Source: Malacoraja senta | Taxonomy: Eukaryota | NCBI GenBank assembly: GCA_038087875.1 | Contig: CM075977.1 | Span: forward strand, 248,124,001-248,188,000 | Reading direction: 5' to 3' | Length of the DNA stretch: 64,000 bases | Shown: one piece after another, positions 1 to 13,912 of the stretch | Numbering within the stretch: position 1 is the stretch's first letter | How the letters are laid out: every line of letters begins with the position of its first letter | The notes under the pieces: generated by a model | Seen by the model: only the letters and a program-made list of their open reading frames with translations | Databases searched by the model: none | What the model was told of the DNA's origin: nothing | Made by a program: the position numbers and the translations under genes

Positions 1-653
1 TATGTTAGCATTCATAGCAAAAGGATTTGAGTATAGGAGCAGGGAGGTTCTACTGCAGTTGTACAGGGTCTTGGTGAGACCACACCTGGAGTATTGCGTA
101 CAGTTTTGGTCTCCTAATCTGAGGAAGGACATTCTTGCCATAGAGGGCGTACAGAGAAGGTTCACCAGACTGATTCCTGGGATGTCAGGACTTTCATATG
201 AGGAAAGACTGGATAGACTCAGCTTGTACTCGCTAGAATTTAGAAGATTGAGGGGGGATCTTATAGAAACTTACAAAATTCTTAAGGGGTTGGACAGGGT
301 AGATGCAGGAAGATTGTTCCCGATGTTGGGGAAGTCCAGAACAAGGGGTCACAGTTTAAGGATAAAGGGGAAATCTTTTAGGACTGAGATGAGAAAAACA
401 TTTTTTACACAGAGAGTGGTGAATCTCTGGAATTCTCTGCCACTGAATGTAGTTGAGGCCAGTTCATTGGCTATATTTAAGAGGGAGTTAGATGTGGCCC
501 TTGTGGCTAAAGGGATCAGGGGGTATGGAGAGAAAGCAGGTACAGGATACTGAGTTGGATGATCAGCCATGATCATATTGAATGGCGGTGCAGGCTCGAA
601 GGGCCGAATGGCCTACTCCTGCACCTATTTTCTATGTTTCTATGTTTCTATGT
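1..653 (+). mobile_element. CR1 (HER1-like) LINE 3' end: ORF2 C-terminus, 3'UTR and (TTTCTATG)n tail
   Basis: ORF 2-553 has the CR1 C-terminal motifs LYRVLVRPHLEYCVQFWSP, RGDLIETYK and FFTQRVVNLWNSLP; octamer tail at about 628-653. Confidence 0.95.
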
Positions 654-869
654 TAACTGCCAGCATCTGCAGTTCCTTCCTACTCCATCTTTAGATTAAC
701 GTTTGATTTGATTATAAAATCCTGCAAATTCTTGTGATGGTGCTACATCTTTTTCATATGCCAGTTTGTATGCTTGAAATTGTACTTGCTATTGTAATAA
801 CTTTGAGATAATTTAAAGATGTTGCATTGCCATAACAACACACTGTATAGCTGCGCCTCGCCTATCAAT

Positions 870-1490
870 AAGGGTCAACATCTGCTGTTGGTCATTTTGG
901 CGTAGGCAGTCCCGAATGGGGTGCCTGAGGGCGCAGTACCAGGAGCACTACTGCTTTTAATTTATATAAATGAGATGGGCTCAATGAAAGTGGTCAGATT
1001 TGCAGAATATGCCAAACGAGGGGACTCAAAGATTACAAAATAAGTTGGATAAAATATGAAAAATGTCAGATGAAATTTAACACAAACACACATAAAGCAT
1101 TCGACATGGGAATGAAGAACAATAGTTGACATGAACGCTCCAAGTTGATCCAGCTACGGAGAAACCTGAAAGTAATTTTGGAATCTTCGGTAAGTTCTAC
1201 ACTTAACAAGTTTTACCAATGCGGAGCTGCAATCAACAGAACCAAAATGATGTCCAAATGTTGTCAAAACATGTCATTGAAGATAATGATCAAAATTCTG
1301 AGTTTTCTGGTCAGATTTCATATTGAATGTTGAGTCCTGCACTGGCCTCCAAGAGAAGGAGAAATATTCAAATACCAGATACAGTGCAGAGAAGAATCAG
1401 AGCCCTGTGACAGAGTTCAGATCTATGAAGAAACTGTGTAGGTTTCTGCATTTCAGTTTGACAACAGTATTCTTGGAGAAGAATACAATC
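870..1490 (+). mobile_element. Highly decayed CR1/L2-type RT fragment
   Basis: Remnants resembling GVPEG..LG..LLLIYIN and FA.YAK; no intact frame. Confidence 0.4.
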
Positions 1491-1499
1491 ATGAGACAT

Positions 1500-1830
1500 A
1501 CCAGCACAGCTAATATAGAGTCACCATCTCTCTGCACTGGGAGCCTGGTTCAATCCTGACCTCAGGAGTTGCCTGTGTAGGCTTTATACATTCTCCCTAT
1601 GATCATATGGATTTCCTCCATATCCAATGGACATGTGGTTGATAGATTAATTGGCCACTTTTAAATGCTTCTCATGTAGTCAGTGAATGGTAGAATCTGG
1701 AAGAAATTAATGAGAAAATGTAATTTTTCAAACGCTATTAGCGTAGGATTAGTGTGATTGGGTGGTTGATGATCAGCCTGAGTCATTGAGCTGAAGGACC
1801 TGATTCCATTCTTTATGTCCATATGACATT
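1500..1830 (+). mobile_element. Decayed HE1/V-SINE-type tRNA SINE
   Basis: ggttcaatcc B-box-like motif; body similar to the clearer copy at 29630-29938. Confidence 0.5.
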
Positions 1831-3864
1831 ATTAACAGCATCAAAGTAGTTAACCCAGCATACCGCTATCAACTAAACCAAAAAACTGAAAACGAGGTCA
1901 GATTTAATGCCTACGATAGTCATAAAGGCATACAGCATTGAAACTGGCCCATCAGCCCAACTTGCCCACACCGACCAACAGTCCCATCTACACTATTACC
2001 ACCTGCCTGCATTAGGCCCATATCACTCTAAACCTGTCCTATCCATGTACCTGTCCAAATGTTTCTTACACATGGTGACAATACCTGCTTTTTTTTTTTG
2101 CACATTGTTGTGAATTAACCTAGGTTCAGCTCACTACCCACAGCCCCTACTCACCCTTGTATTCCTGGGCCCAGAGCAGGGGCCAATTACTCTGACCCTC
2201 CATGTCCAGATCCTCATGGAGGCAAGGTAGGTATAGAGCTATTTCCCCTATCAAAGCTGTGACTGTAAATTTAAGTTTTTTAAATGTCTCAAAAAAAATG
2301 GATCCGTTTGATTTTTTTTTAATGTACTATAGTACAAAAAATACTAATTAAAGACACATTAGAATCATACATTTATAATAATGACAAAATAAGTCGGAAG
2401 TAAATTGATAACTTACATCCCAAATTTCAGGTCAAAAATCGCCATTCAAATGAATGCATGTCCAATCCTAAATGAGGCCTGTACAGCATAGGAATGGCGT
2501 CCATTAAGGAACCGATAGATGGATATGTTACCATCCGTGGTCTACATATCCTATATTCACAGTGACCCATGTAAATCCAGACATGCTTGCAGGGAAGCAG
2601 CTGAAAGATAGTAGACTTTGTTAAGACTCCTGTGATCTGTCAGCACAGTTCATCCCAATTTAAAGATTGGCATCGGAAAATCCTTTCTTTCAGATGGGGC
2701 CTCTGAGGACATGAGTCAGGATGGTAGGCAGAAGTCTTGGCCAACCCTTTCCAGTGATACAATTATCCCAGAGAAAACTCCAGTCCTAAGAGCTTAGATG
2801 TAATTTTCAGAAGATATTGTTTAATATTTGCTGAAAAGCATAGTATTTTGTTCTGTCAGTCGGCAAGGGAGCCTCTTTGCAGTAATCACAGATTCTGACC
2901 ACATTACTGTTGAAGTTTATTTTTTTTTCTATAAAGATATCCACTTGCAGGAAAATGTTTTTACTGTGTATATACCGTATATATGCAATCTGTTGTCAGC
3001 TGTTGTAAGTCATCTGCCAGTGGTTTAAACAAGCTGCATTGAAGTCAGATCCCTCAAACAAATACTTCAAGTAAATGCCTCTCCTAAAACCACACTCACA
3101 CATGTCTAATTAGATTGAAATTAGTCCCCATTCCGTGACTGCTACAAAATGTATTGGCTCCTCTGGGATTCCAAAGTGTTGCAGTTCCTCAAGAAACTCA
3201 TGGCATCATTTCACAGAATGTCAGAAATTCTGTTTTTGTCAGTTAAGGTTCCAAGAGATGGAAATTCAACTTCTGATAATCAACACATCCTAGTAGCTCC
3301 AATATGTTGTGCTTCACTTACAAGCTGGTTCAATTCAAGTCATGTAAAATATCACCCCGTTTATAATCAGGACTGGTACTTCTGTTCAGCTAAGGCTCAA
3401 ATAACCACAGAATGCTGGAAGCACTCAACTGGTTAGGGAGTGACAGCAAAGTGAGATACAGAGCTAAAGTTTCACATTGATAACCTGGCAGAGAAATTTT
3501 TTAAAGTGAGAGATGACAGAGTTTTACGCAGAGAATTGGAGCGAGAGAGATAGAACTAAATAGAAACAATATAGACTAAAAAGGAGTGATGTCAGCTGTT
3601 AACCATAAGCGACTCAGCTCATCTTGGGCTACCACACATGCTCAGATGAATGCGAGGTTTGGCAGCAAAGCAGGAGGTCAGATGTGCCAGTAGTTGAACC
3701 CACACTCCACTGCTAGACTCACTGTTGTCGGAGCACTGACATGCTGAGAAGAGGGACCTGATGCAATTTGCATCATCATTTTCAAAAGCCTTTAGGGTGC
3801 ACCACGGCAGGGCCCAGGACTCACTGCCCAAGTCCTGAACAGTCTCAGAACAGTCTCAGAACAA

Positions 3865-4375
3865 TAAATCATGGAAGGCTGATCCAGAATAATAAGATGC
3901 ATGAGATCTCTGGTGACTTGGTCATGGGGTTTAAAAACTGGCTGACGCATAAAAGACAGAGGTTTGTGTTGGAAGGGTGTTATTCTGGCTGGAAGTCTGG
4001 CTGGATCTGTGCTGGGACTCTGTTTATGTACAGACACTTCCCGACTTATGAAAGGGTTACATTGTGTAGACTCTTGCGGAAGTCGGATCTTATGTAAGTC
4101 TAAAACGGAAGTGCTACTGTGCACACTTAAATTTACTACTTGACGCGGAGACCACATGGGAACTCAGATGCAGTGACCACGTGGGAACTCCAAGGAGGAG
4201 ACCATGTGGGTTTCAGTGGGCTTACAGAATTGCTTACATGAGTGTACATCGCCGATTACATATGTCGGGGTGTGCCTGTAATATACAAACGATTTGGACC
4301 TAAATGTAGATGGGATGGTTATTACATTTCCAGACAACAAAATTGATGGAGCTGCAGACCATGATGAAGGTTGTC
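3865..4375 (+). mobile_element. Old CR1 RT fragment, host of several nested insertions; continues at about 5300-5358 and 8104-8450
   Basis: HGRLIQ..KMHEISG..NWLTHKRQRFVLEG; the collinear continuation (RPHLTYCMQFWSPHYRKD) resumes after each insert. Confidence 0.65.
4031..4278. mobile_element. Tc1/mariner-superfamily (Tigger/pogo-like) MITE
   Basis: Imperfect TIRs cagacacttcccgacttatg / catatgtcggggtgtgcctg; TA on both sides (4029-30, 4279-80); three internal gaccayrtggg repeats. Confidence 0.7.
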
Positions 4376-5300
4376 AAGTACTCACTCTATACTCAGGACT
4401 GTGTAGCTGGACATAGTGCGAACTCCATCATCAATTCACCATCTGTGATGACACCACTGTTGTGGGATGAATCACAGATGGTGATGAGTCAGAGTATAGA
4501 AGTGAGATCGACCGATTGACCAAATGGTGCCAGCACAATAACCTGGCTCTCAACACCAGTAAAATCAAGGAACTGATTGGAAAGGACTTTGGAATGGGGA
4601 AGGATAGGGACCCACAATCCCGTTTATATCAATGGGACAATGGTGGAAAGGGTCAAAAACTTTAAATTCCTGGGCGTGCATATTTCCTGGTCCCAGCACA
4701 CTGATGCAATTATAAAGAAGGCACATCAGCGCATCTACTTCCTGAGAAGATTACGGAGAGTCGGTATGTCAAGGAGGATTCTCTCGAACTTCTACATCTG
4801 CACAGTAGAGAGCATACTGACTGGCTGCATCGTGGCTTGGTTCGGCAACTTGAACGTCCAGGAGCGGAAAAGACTGCAGAAAGTTGAGACCATTGCCCAG
4901 TCCATCACCGGCTCTGACCTCCCCACCATCGAAGGGATCTATCGTAGTCGCTGCCTCAAAAAGGCTGCCAACATCTTCAAAGACCCACACCATCCTGGTC
5001 ACACATTCATTTCACCGTTGCCATCGGGAAGAAGGTACAGGAGATTGAAATCTGGAACATCCAGGTTCAGGAACAGCCTTCCCCACAGCTATTAAACACG
5101 ACATCAAATAAGCTCTGAACAATAACAGTCTATTATTATTATTGCACTGTATCTGTTCATTTATTGTGTATATATGGTCTATGGTCTATTGACACACTGA
5201 ACATTTATCTTCCGTTTTGTATTATGTTTACATATTCTGTTGTGCTGTAGCACGTAAGAATTTCATTGTCCTATCTGGGACACACTACAATAAAACTCTC
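4375..5300 (+). mobile_element. Rex1/Babar-type LINE 3' fragment
   Basis: ERVKNFKFLGVHI, KKAHQRIYFLRRLR, FYICTVESILTGCI, LPSGRRYR; 3'UTR ending acaataaa. Confidence 0.9.
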
Positions 5301-5359
5301 AGATCTGAGCAAGTGTGAAGTGTTGCACTTTGGAAGTTCGAATGGAAGGGGAAAGTATC

Positions 5360-8103
5360 GAAAAGACAGGCAGGTGGGCAGAGGGGGTGGGGTAGCTCTG
5401 TTGGTGAAGAATGAAATTCAGTCCCGAGAGGGGTGACATAGAATCAGGAGATGTAGAGTCAGTATGGATAGAACTGAGGAATTGTAAGGGTAAAAAGACC
5501 CTAATAGGACTTATCTACAGGCCCCCAAACAGTAGCCTGGATATAGGATGCAAATTGAATCGAGAGTTAAAATTGGCATGTTGTAAAGGTAATACTACGA
5601 TTTTTATGGGGGATTTCAACATGCAGGTAGACTGGGTAAATCAGGTTGGTACAGGGAACCAAGAAATGGAGTTTGTGGAGTGCTTCCGTGATGGATTCTT
5701 AGAGCAGCTTGTACTGGAGCCTACCAGGGAGAAGGCAACTCTGGATTTAGTGTTGTATAATGAACCGGATTTGATAAGGGAACTTGAGGTTAAGGAGTCA
5801 TTAGGAGGTGGTGGCCTTAATATGATAAGTTTTAATCTACAATTTGAGAGGGAGAAGGGTAAATCGGAGGTGCCAGTATTACAGTTCAACAAAGGGGACT
5901 ATGGAGCCATGAGGGAGGAGCTGGCCAAAGTTGACTGGAAAGATACCCTAGCAAGGATGACATTGGAACAACAATGGCAGGTATTTCTGGGATTAATACA
6001 GAAGGTGCAGGATCAGTTCATTCCAAAGAGGAAGAAAGATTCCAAGGGGAGTAAGGGGCAACCGTGGCTAACAAGGGAAGTCAGGGACAGTATAAATATA
6101 AAAGAGAGGAGGTACAACATGGCAAAGATGAGCGGGAAGACAGAGGATTGGGTAATGTTTAAAGGGCAACAGAAGATAACTAAAAAGGCAATACGGGGAG
6201 AAATGTTGAGGTACAAAGGGAAGCTAGCCAAGAATATAAAGGAGGATAGTAACAGCTGCTTTAGGTATGGGAAGAGCAAAAAATTAGTTAAGACCCAAGT
6301 TGGACCCCTGAAGACTGAAAAGGGTGAATTTATTATGGGGAACAAGGAAATGGAAGATGAGTTGAACAGGTACTTTGGATCCATCTTCACTTAGGAGGAC
6401 ACAAACCATCTTCCTGGTGTACGAGTGGACAGAGGATCTGGGGTGATGGAGGAACTGAAGGAAATCCACATTAGGCAGGAAATGGTGTTGGGTAGACTGA
6501 TGGGACTAAAGGTTGATAAATCCCCAGGGCCTGATGGTCTGCATCCCAGGGTACTTAAGGTAGTGGGTCGAGAAATCGTGGACGCATTGGTGATCATTTT
6601 CCAATGTTCTATAGATTCAGGATCAGTTCCTGTGGATTAGAGGGTAGCTAATGTTATCCCACTTTATAAGAAAGGTGGGAGAGAGAAAACAGGGAATTAT
6701 AGACCAGTTAGCCTGACATCAGTGGCGGGGAAGATGCTGGAGTCAATTATAAAAGATGAGATAGCCGCACATTTGGATAGCAGTAACAGGATTGGTCCGA
6801 GTCAGCATGGATTTACGAAGGGGAAATCATGCTTGACTAATCTTCTGGATTTTTTTGAGGATGTAACTAGGAAAATGGACAAGGGAGAGCCAGTGGATGT
6901 AGTGTACCTGGACTTTCAGAAAGCATTTGATAAGGTCCCACATAGGAGATTAGTGGGCAAAATTAGGGCACATGGTATTGGGGGTAGGGTGCTGACATGG
7001 GTAGAAAATTAGTTGGCAGACAGGAAACAAAGAGTAGGGATTAACGGGTCCATTTCAGAATGGCAGGCAGTGACTAATGGGGTACCGCAAGGCTCGGTGC
7101 TGGGAACGCAGTTATTTACAATATATATTAATGATTTAGATGAAGGGATTACAAGTAACATTAGCAAATTTGCAGATGACACAAAGCTGGGTGGCAGTGT
7201 GAACTGTGAGGAGGATGCTATGAGAATGCAGGGTGACTTGGACAGGTTGGGTGAGTGGGCAGATGCATGGCAGATTCAGTTTAATGTGGATAAATGTGAG
7301 GTTAGCCACTTTGGTAGCAAAACAGGAAGGCAGATTATTATCTAAATGGTGTCAAGTTGGGAAAAGGGGAAGTACAACGGGATCTGTGGGTCCTTGTTCA
7401 TCAGTCAATGAAAGTAAGCATACAGGTACAGCAGGCAGTGAAGAAAGCGAATGGCATATTGGCCTTCTTAACAAGAGGAGTAGAGTATCGGAGCAAAGAG
7501 GTCCTTCTGCAGTTGTACAGTGCCCTAGTGAGACCACACATGGAGTACTGTGTGCAGTTTTGGTCTCCAAATTTGAGGAAGTACATTCTTGCTATTGAGG
7601 GAGTGCAGCGTAGGTTCACAAGGTTAATTCCCGGGAGGGCGGAATTGTCATATGCTGAGAGAATGGAGCAGCTGGGCATGTTCACTCTGGAATTTAGGAT
7701 GAGAGGGGATCTTATTGAAACATATAAGATTATTAAGGGTTTGATCACGCTAGAGGCAGGAAACATGTTCCCGGTGTTGGGGGAGTCCAGAACCAGGGAC
7801 CACTGTTTAAGAATAAGGGGTAAGCCATTTACAACGGAGATGAGGAAACACTTTTTCACACAAAGAGTAGTGAGTCTGTGGAATTCTCTGCCTCAGAGTG
7901 CGGTGGAGGCCGGTTCTCTGGATACTTTCAAGAGAGAGCTAGATAGGGCTCTTAAAGATAGCGGAGTCAGGGGATATGGGGAGAAGGTAGGAACGGGGTA
8001 CTGATTGTGGATGATCAGCCATGATCACATTGAATGACGGTGCTGGCTCAAAGGGCTGAATGGCCTACTCCTGCACCTATTATCTATTGTTTATTGTCTA
8101 TTG
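5360..8103 (+). mobile_element. CR1 LINE, 5'-truncated (part of endonuclease plus RT), pseudogenised
   Basis: YRPPN and MGDFN (APE endonuclease); [33 protein letters not shown] (RT); several stops; (TATTGTC)n tail. Confidence 0.95.
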
Positions 8104-8465
8104 TACACAATTAATGGTGAGTCTCAATTGATGTACGGGGGAGGGGGGGGGGGGTGGGCTTGTGATCCAAGTGCATTGCTCCCTGAAAGTGGAAACACAA
8201 GTAGAAATGGTAGTAAAAAAATGTAAGATATGATCACTTTCACTCCATTCCCCCTCATCCCTCATTCCCCCTACATTTCATTAAATATTAGAGTCATGAA
8301 ATCATGGTGCAGTTCTAAAAGACTTTGATTAGACCACATTTGACATATTGCATGCAATTCTGGTCACCCCATTACAGGAAGGATGTGGAGGCTTTGGAGA
8401 GGGTGCAGAAGAGGTTTACCAGAATGTTGCCTGGATTAGATGTAATAGTTATATGGAGTGTATGG

Positions 8466-10353
8466 GGAGAAAAGATGAGGTACGAAGGTAAGCTAGCCAA
8501 GAATATGAAGCAGGATAGTAACAGCTTCTTTAGGTATGTGAAGAGGAAAACATTAGTTAAGACCAAAGTTGGACCCTTGAAGACCGAAAAAGGTGAATTT
8601 ATTATGGGGAACAAGCAAATGGCAGATGAGTTGAACAGGTACTTTGGATCTGTTTTCACTAAGGAGGACACAAACAATCTTCCTGATATAGTAGTGGCCA
8701 GAGGATCTGGGGTGACAGAGGAACTGAAGGAAATCCACATTAGGCAGGAAATGGTGTTGGATAGACTGATGGGACTGAAGGCTGATAAATCCCCAGGGCC
8801 TGATGGTTTGCATCCCAAGGTACTTAAGGAAGTGGCTCTAGAAATCGTGGATGAATTGGTGATAATTTTCCAATGATCTATAGACTCACGATCAGTTCCT
8901 GTGGATTGGAGGGTAGCTAGTGTTATCCCACTTTTTAAGAAAGGCGGGAGAGAGAAAACGGGGAATTATAGACCAGTTAGCCTGACATCGGTGGTGGGGA
9001 AGATGCTGGAGACAATTATAAAAGATGAGATAGCCGCACATTTGGATAGCAGTAACAGGATCGGTCTGAGTCAGCATGGATTTACGAAGGGGAAATCATG
9101 CTTGACTAATCTTCTGGAATTTTTTGAAGATGTAACTAGGAAAATGGACAATGGAGAGCCAGTGGATGTAGTGTACCTGGACTTTCAGAAAGCATTTGAT
9201 AAGGTCCCACAGAGGAGATTAGTGGGCAAAATTAGGGCACATGGTATTGGGGGTAGAGTGCTGTCATCGATAGAGAAGTGGTTGGCAGACAGGAAAGAGT
9301 AGGGATTAACGGGTCCCTTTCAGAATGGCAGGCAGTGACTAGTGGGGTACCACAAGGCTCGGTGCTGGGACCGCAGCTATTTACAATATACATCAATGAT
9401 TTGGATGAAGGGATTCAAAGTAACATTAGCAAATTTGCAGATGACACTGGGTGGCAGTGTGAACTGCGAGGAGGATGCTATGAGAATGCAGGGTGAATTG
9501 GACAGGTTGGGGGAGTGGGCAGATGCATGGCAGATGAAGTTTAATGCGGATAAATGTGAGGTTATCCACTTTGGTAGCAAAAACAGGAAGGCAGATTACT
9601 ATCTAAATGTCGTCACGTTGGGAAAAGGGGAAGTACAACGGGATCTGGGGGGCCTTGTACATCAGTCTATGAATGTAAGCATGCAGGTACAGCAGGCAGT
9701 GAAGAAAGCGAATGGCATGTTGCCCTTTATAACAAGAGGAATCGAATATAGGAGCAAAGAGGTCCTTCTGCAGTTGTACAGTGCACTAGTGAGACCACAC
9801 GTGGAGTATTGTGCGCAGTTTTTGTCCCCTAATTTGAGGAAGGACATTCTTGCTATTGAGGGAGTACAGCGTAGGTTTACAAGGTTAATTCCCGGGATGG
9901 CGGGACTGTCATATGCTGAGAGAATGGATCAGCTGGGCTTGTACACTCTGGAGATTAGAAGGATGAGAGGGTATCTCATTGAAACATATAAGATTGTTGA
10001 GGGCTTGGACACACTAGAGGCAGGAAATATGTTCCCGATGTTGGGGGAGTCCAGAACCAGGGGCCACAGTTATAGAATAAGGAGTAAGCCATTTAGAACG
10101 GAGACGAGGAAACACTTTTTCTCACAGAGAGTGGTGAGTCTGTGGAATTCTCTGCCGCAGAGGGCGGTGGAGGCAGGTTCTCTGAATGCTTTCAAGAGAG
10201 AGCTAGATAGGGCTCTTAAAAATAGCTGAGTCAGGGGCTATGGGGAGAAGGCAGGAACGGGGTACTGATTGGGGACAATCAGCCATGATCACATTGAATG
10301 GCGGTGCTGGCTCAAAGGGCCAAATGGCCTACTCTTGCACCTATTGTCTATTG
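8466..10353 (+). mobile_element. CR1 LINE, 5'-truncated
   Basis: Same RT motifs in ORFs 8325-10229 with frameshifts; tail ctattgtctattg. Confidence 0.95.
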
Positions 10354-10477
10354 CACACTTTTCATTCTGATGGATCACAATCTCAAATGTCATCTAACAT
10401 CAGACAAGGGTCCCGGCCTGAAAGGTCGTCTGTCCATTCCCTCCGCTGGTGCTGCCTGAACCATTGAGTTCTAATAT

Positions 10478-12216
10478 GACAATAGACAATAGACAATAGG
10501 TGCAGGAGTAGGCCATTCGGCCCCATTGAGCCAGCACCGCCATTCAATGTGATCATGGCTGATCATCCCCAATCAGTAACCCGTTCCTGCCTTCTCCCCA
10601 TATCTCCTGACTCTGCTATTTTTAAGAGCCCTATCTAGCTCTCTCTTGAAAGCATCCAGAGAACCTGCCTCCACTGCCCTGTGAGGTAGAGAGTTCCACA
10701 GACTCATCACTCTCTGTGAGAAAAAGTGTTTCCTCGTCTCCGTTCTAAGTGGCTTACTCCTTTTTCTTAAACTGTGGTCCCTGGTTCTGGACTCCCCCAA
10801 CATCGGGAACATGTTTCCTGCCTCTAGCGTGTCCAAACCCTTAACAATCTTATATGTTTCAATGAGATGCCCTCTCATCCTTCTAAACTCCAGAGTGTAC
10901 AAGCCCAGCTGCTCCATTCTCTCAGCATATGACAGTCCCGCCATCCCGAGAATTAACCTTGTAAACCTGCACTGCACTCCCTCAATAGCAAGAATGTCCT
11001 TCCTCAAATTAGGGGACCAAAACTGCACACAATACTCCAGGTGTGGTCTCACTAGGGCTCTGTACAACTGCAGAAGGACCTATTTGCTCCTATATTCGAT
11101 TCCTCTTGTTATATAGGCCAACATGCCATTCGCTTTCTTCACTGCCTGCTGTACCTGCATGCTTACATTCATAGACTGATGTACAAGGACCCCCAGATCC
11201 CGTTGTACTTCCCCTTTTCCCAACGTGACGACATTTAGATAGTAATCTGCCTTCCTGTTTTTGCTACCAAAGTGGATAACCTCACATTTATCCGCATTAA
11301 ACTTTATCGGCCAAGCATCTGCCCACTCCCCCAACCTGTCCAAGTCACCCTGCATTCTCATAGCATCCTCCTCACAGTTCACACTGGCACCCAGCTTTGT
11401 GTCATCTGCAAATTTGCTAATGTTACTTTGAATCCCTTCATCCAAATCATTGATGTATATTGTAAATAGCTGCGGACCCAGCACCGAGCCTTGCGGTACC
11501 CCACTAGTCACTGCGTACCATTCTGAAAGGGACCCATTAATCCCTACTCTTTGTTTCCTGTCTGCCAACCAATTCTCTATCCATGTTAGCACTCTACCCC
11601 CAATACCATGTGCCCTAACTTTGCCCACTAATCTCCTATGTGGGACCTTATCAAATGCTTTCTGAAAGTCCAGGTACACTACATCCACTGGCTCTACCTC
11701 GTCCATTTTCCTGGTTACATCTGCAAAAAATTTCAGACGATTAGTCAAGCATGATTTCACCTTCGTAAATCCATGATGACTCGGACCAATCCTGTTACTG
11801 CTATCCAAATGTGCAGCTATTTCATCTTTTATAATTGACTCCAGCATCTTCCCCACCACCGATGTCAGGCTAACTGGTCTATAATTCCCTGTTTTCTCTC
11901 TCCCGCCTTTCTTAAAAAGTGGGATAACATTAGCTACCCTCCAATCCACAGGAACTGATCCTGAGTCTATAGAACATTGGAAAATGATCACCAATGCATC
12001 CACGATTTCTAGAGCCACTTCCTTAAGTACCCTGGGATGCAGACCATCAGGCCCTGGGGATTTATCAGCCTTCAGTCCCATCAGTCTATCCAACACCATT
12101 TCCTGCCTAATGTGGATTTCCATCAGTTCCTCCGTCACCCCAGATCCTCTGGCCACTACTATATCAGGAAGATTGTTTGTGTCCTCCTTAGTGAAGACAG
12201 ATCCAAAGTACCTGTT
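10478..12216 (-). mobile_element. CR1 LINE, 5'-truncated, inverted relative to the previous copy
   Basis: Minus-strand ORFs 11080-12429 and 10573-11067 carry CR1 RT motifs; tail (gacaata)n at 10478-10498. Confidence 0.95.
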
Positions 12217-12422
12217 CCTCCAGCATTTTGTGTTTTTCTCAAGGTTCAAGCATCTTCGGTTCCTTGTGTCTTGAATTTTATGTAATTGAATTGGATTCAG
12301 ACGTGAAACAAGCTCCAAAGAAAAACAAAACGATAGACACAAAATGCTAGAGTAACTCATTCGATCAGGCAGTACCTCTGGAGAGAAGGAATAGAACGTT
12401 TTGGGTCGATACCCTTCATCGG
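12217..12422. mobile_element. Two decayed Penelope pLTR-derived fragments in opposite orientations; degenerate hammerhead at 12395-12422 (-)
   Basis: ctccagcattttgtgt on +; ccgatgaagggtatcgacccaaaacgtt on -. Confidence 0.6.
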
Positions 12423-12949
12423 AAAGCAATAAATCATGTCTTCATATCCAACAATGGGTTAAAAAAAGATTCACATCAGTTTTATTATGTATTGTCTTGG
12501 AAAATCATAATAATAATTTGATGCAAATTATTTTGACATCCATGTCTATTATTGAGCAGGATTTTACGGCAGCCATTTTACATTTAGGAAGATTTGTGCG
12601 ACAGTGATAAAGTGAAATAAGTGATGATTTAATCTGCTCTTTTGGGTACAAACATTGCTGAAGAAACCAGGTGCAATTTCTGCACTCCTCGAGTGCCACA
12701 GATTCTTCAGTCCAACTGAATATGTAGACAAGGACTCAGTTCAACATTCTATACTAAGAACTGCACCAACTGACACTTCCTCAGGATTCTCACCCACCCC
12801 AAAAAAACTTCCCCAACCCTAATCCAGCTTTTGCTATTTCCAAAGAGGTTTTCTCTGCCACTCGTGTCCACCTCTTTTCCTATCAGGCCCTCTTTTGTGT
12901 TACCTGTAATCAATAATCAATGTCACTGTTGACCCTTCATTTCAGTTGT

Positions 12950-13500
12950 CAATGGTTCTTTACTGTCATATGTAATGTATATATGTACAGTGAAATTATT
13001 TTTTGCATACATTTCAGTAAAGTATTGCCATACGTAAACACAATTCCCGATTCATACAAAGTGTATAGAAATACTCCACTGGGACCCGCATGCAAGAGTT
13101 GCCAGGTTTTGGTGCCATTTCTAAGGTCCAGTCCCGTCCGCGTGCTTGATCTTCTTGGGGGGGGTGGGGGCCGGGGGCATCGAATCCAGGCTAGCCCCAG
13201 GCTGCTGCAGTGCCTCCAGCCGTCGCCCTATCTGGATTGCCAGCGAATAGTCATCGCTGTTCGCGCCAGGCCACCTGCTGTCTTTGTGCCCTTGTGGCGC
13301 CTTCCGCCGTCGACCTTGAGGATGCGGGAGGTTCATACTCTTAGCAGTCCTCGCTCTTGTGTCAACCGTCTCCAGCTCCCTCCATCCTCCACTGCAGTTC
13401 GCCGGTCCTCAGGGGATGAACAGGGGCCGACCTTACAGGCCACGGTCCAACGCTCCTCAAGTCCACCCTACGCCCCTCACGCGTTTGGGCCCTGAATGGT
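12950..13500 (-). mobile_element. Unclassified non-autonomous retroposon with a Rex1-like tail and GC-rich body; a related copy lies at about 40430-40900
   Basis: Tail (tttactgtcata..tacagtgaaa) and the agagttgcca motif are shared with 40440-40580. Confidence 0.4.
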
Positions 13501-13912
13501 TCCTACTATGGTTCACTAATGGATTATAAGGCAAGTCATTAAAACAACTCTCAATTCTCGTTTCACAATCTATCCCCCAAATTACATACGTATCCATGTG
13601 TGACATGTCCTTGAGGTTTTTTCAGTGACTATCTTGGTGGCTCTAAGATTTTTTAGCTTAGATAGGGCATCTTGGTTGTCATGGACAAGTTGAGCGGAAG
13701 GGCCTGTTTCCATACTGTTTGCCCTATGACTCTGTGATTGTGACGTCTATATCTGTTTTCCTAACCTGTGTTTTGGTGCATCTTTTGCATGCTGCCTGAG
13801 TCCTGAATTAACAAACAAGTTTTATTCTCCAATATCAAAGTAAAAGATTCCATGGTGGTCAAATGAAATATAACCACACCTAATGATTTTATTTTTGATT
13901 AACTTCCATTTT

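Noticed and set aside
11080-12429. 449-aa ORF as a novel RT fusion protein
   Set aside because: The N-terminus is chance read-through of adjacent Penelope fragments into a truncated CR1.
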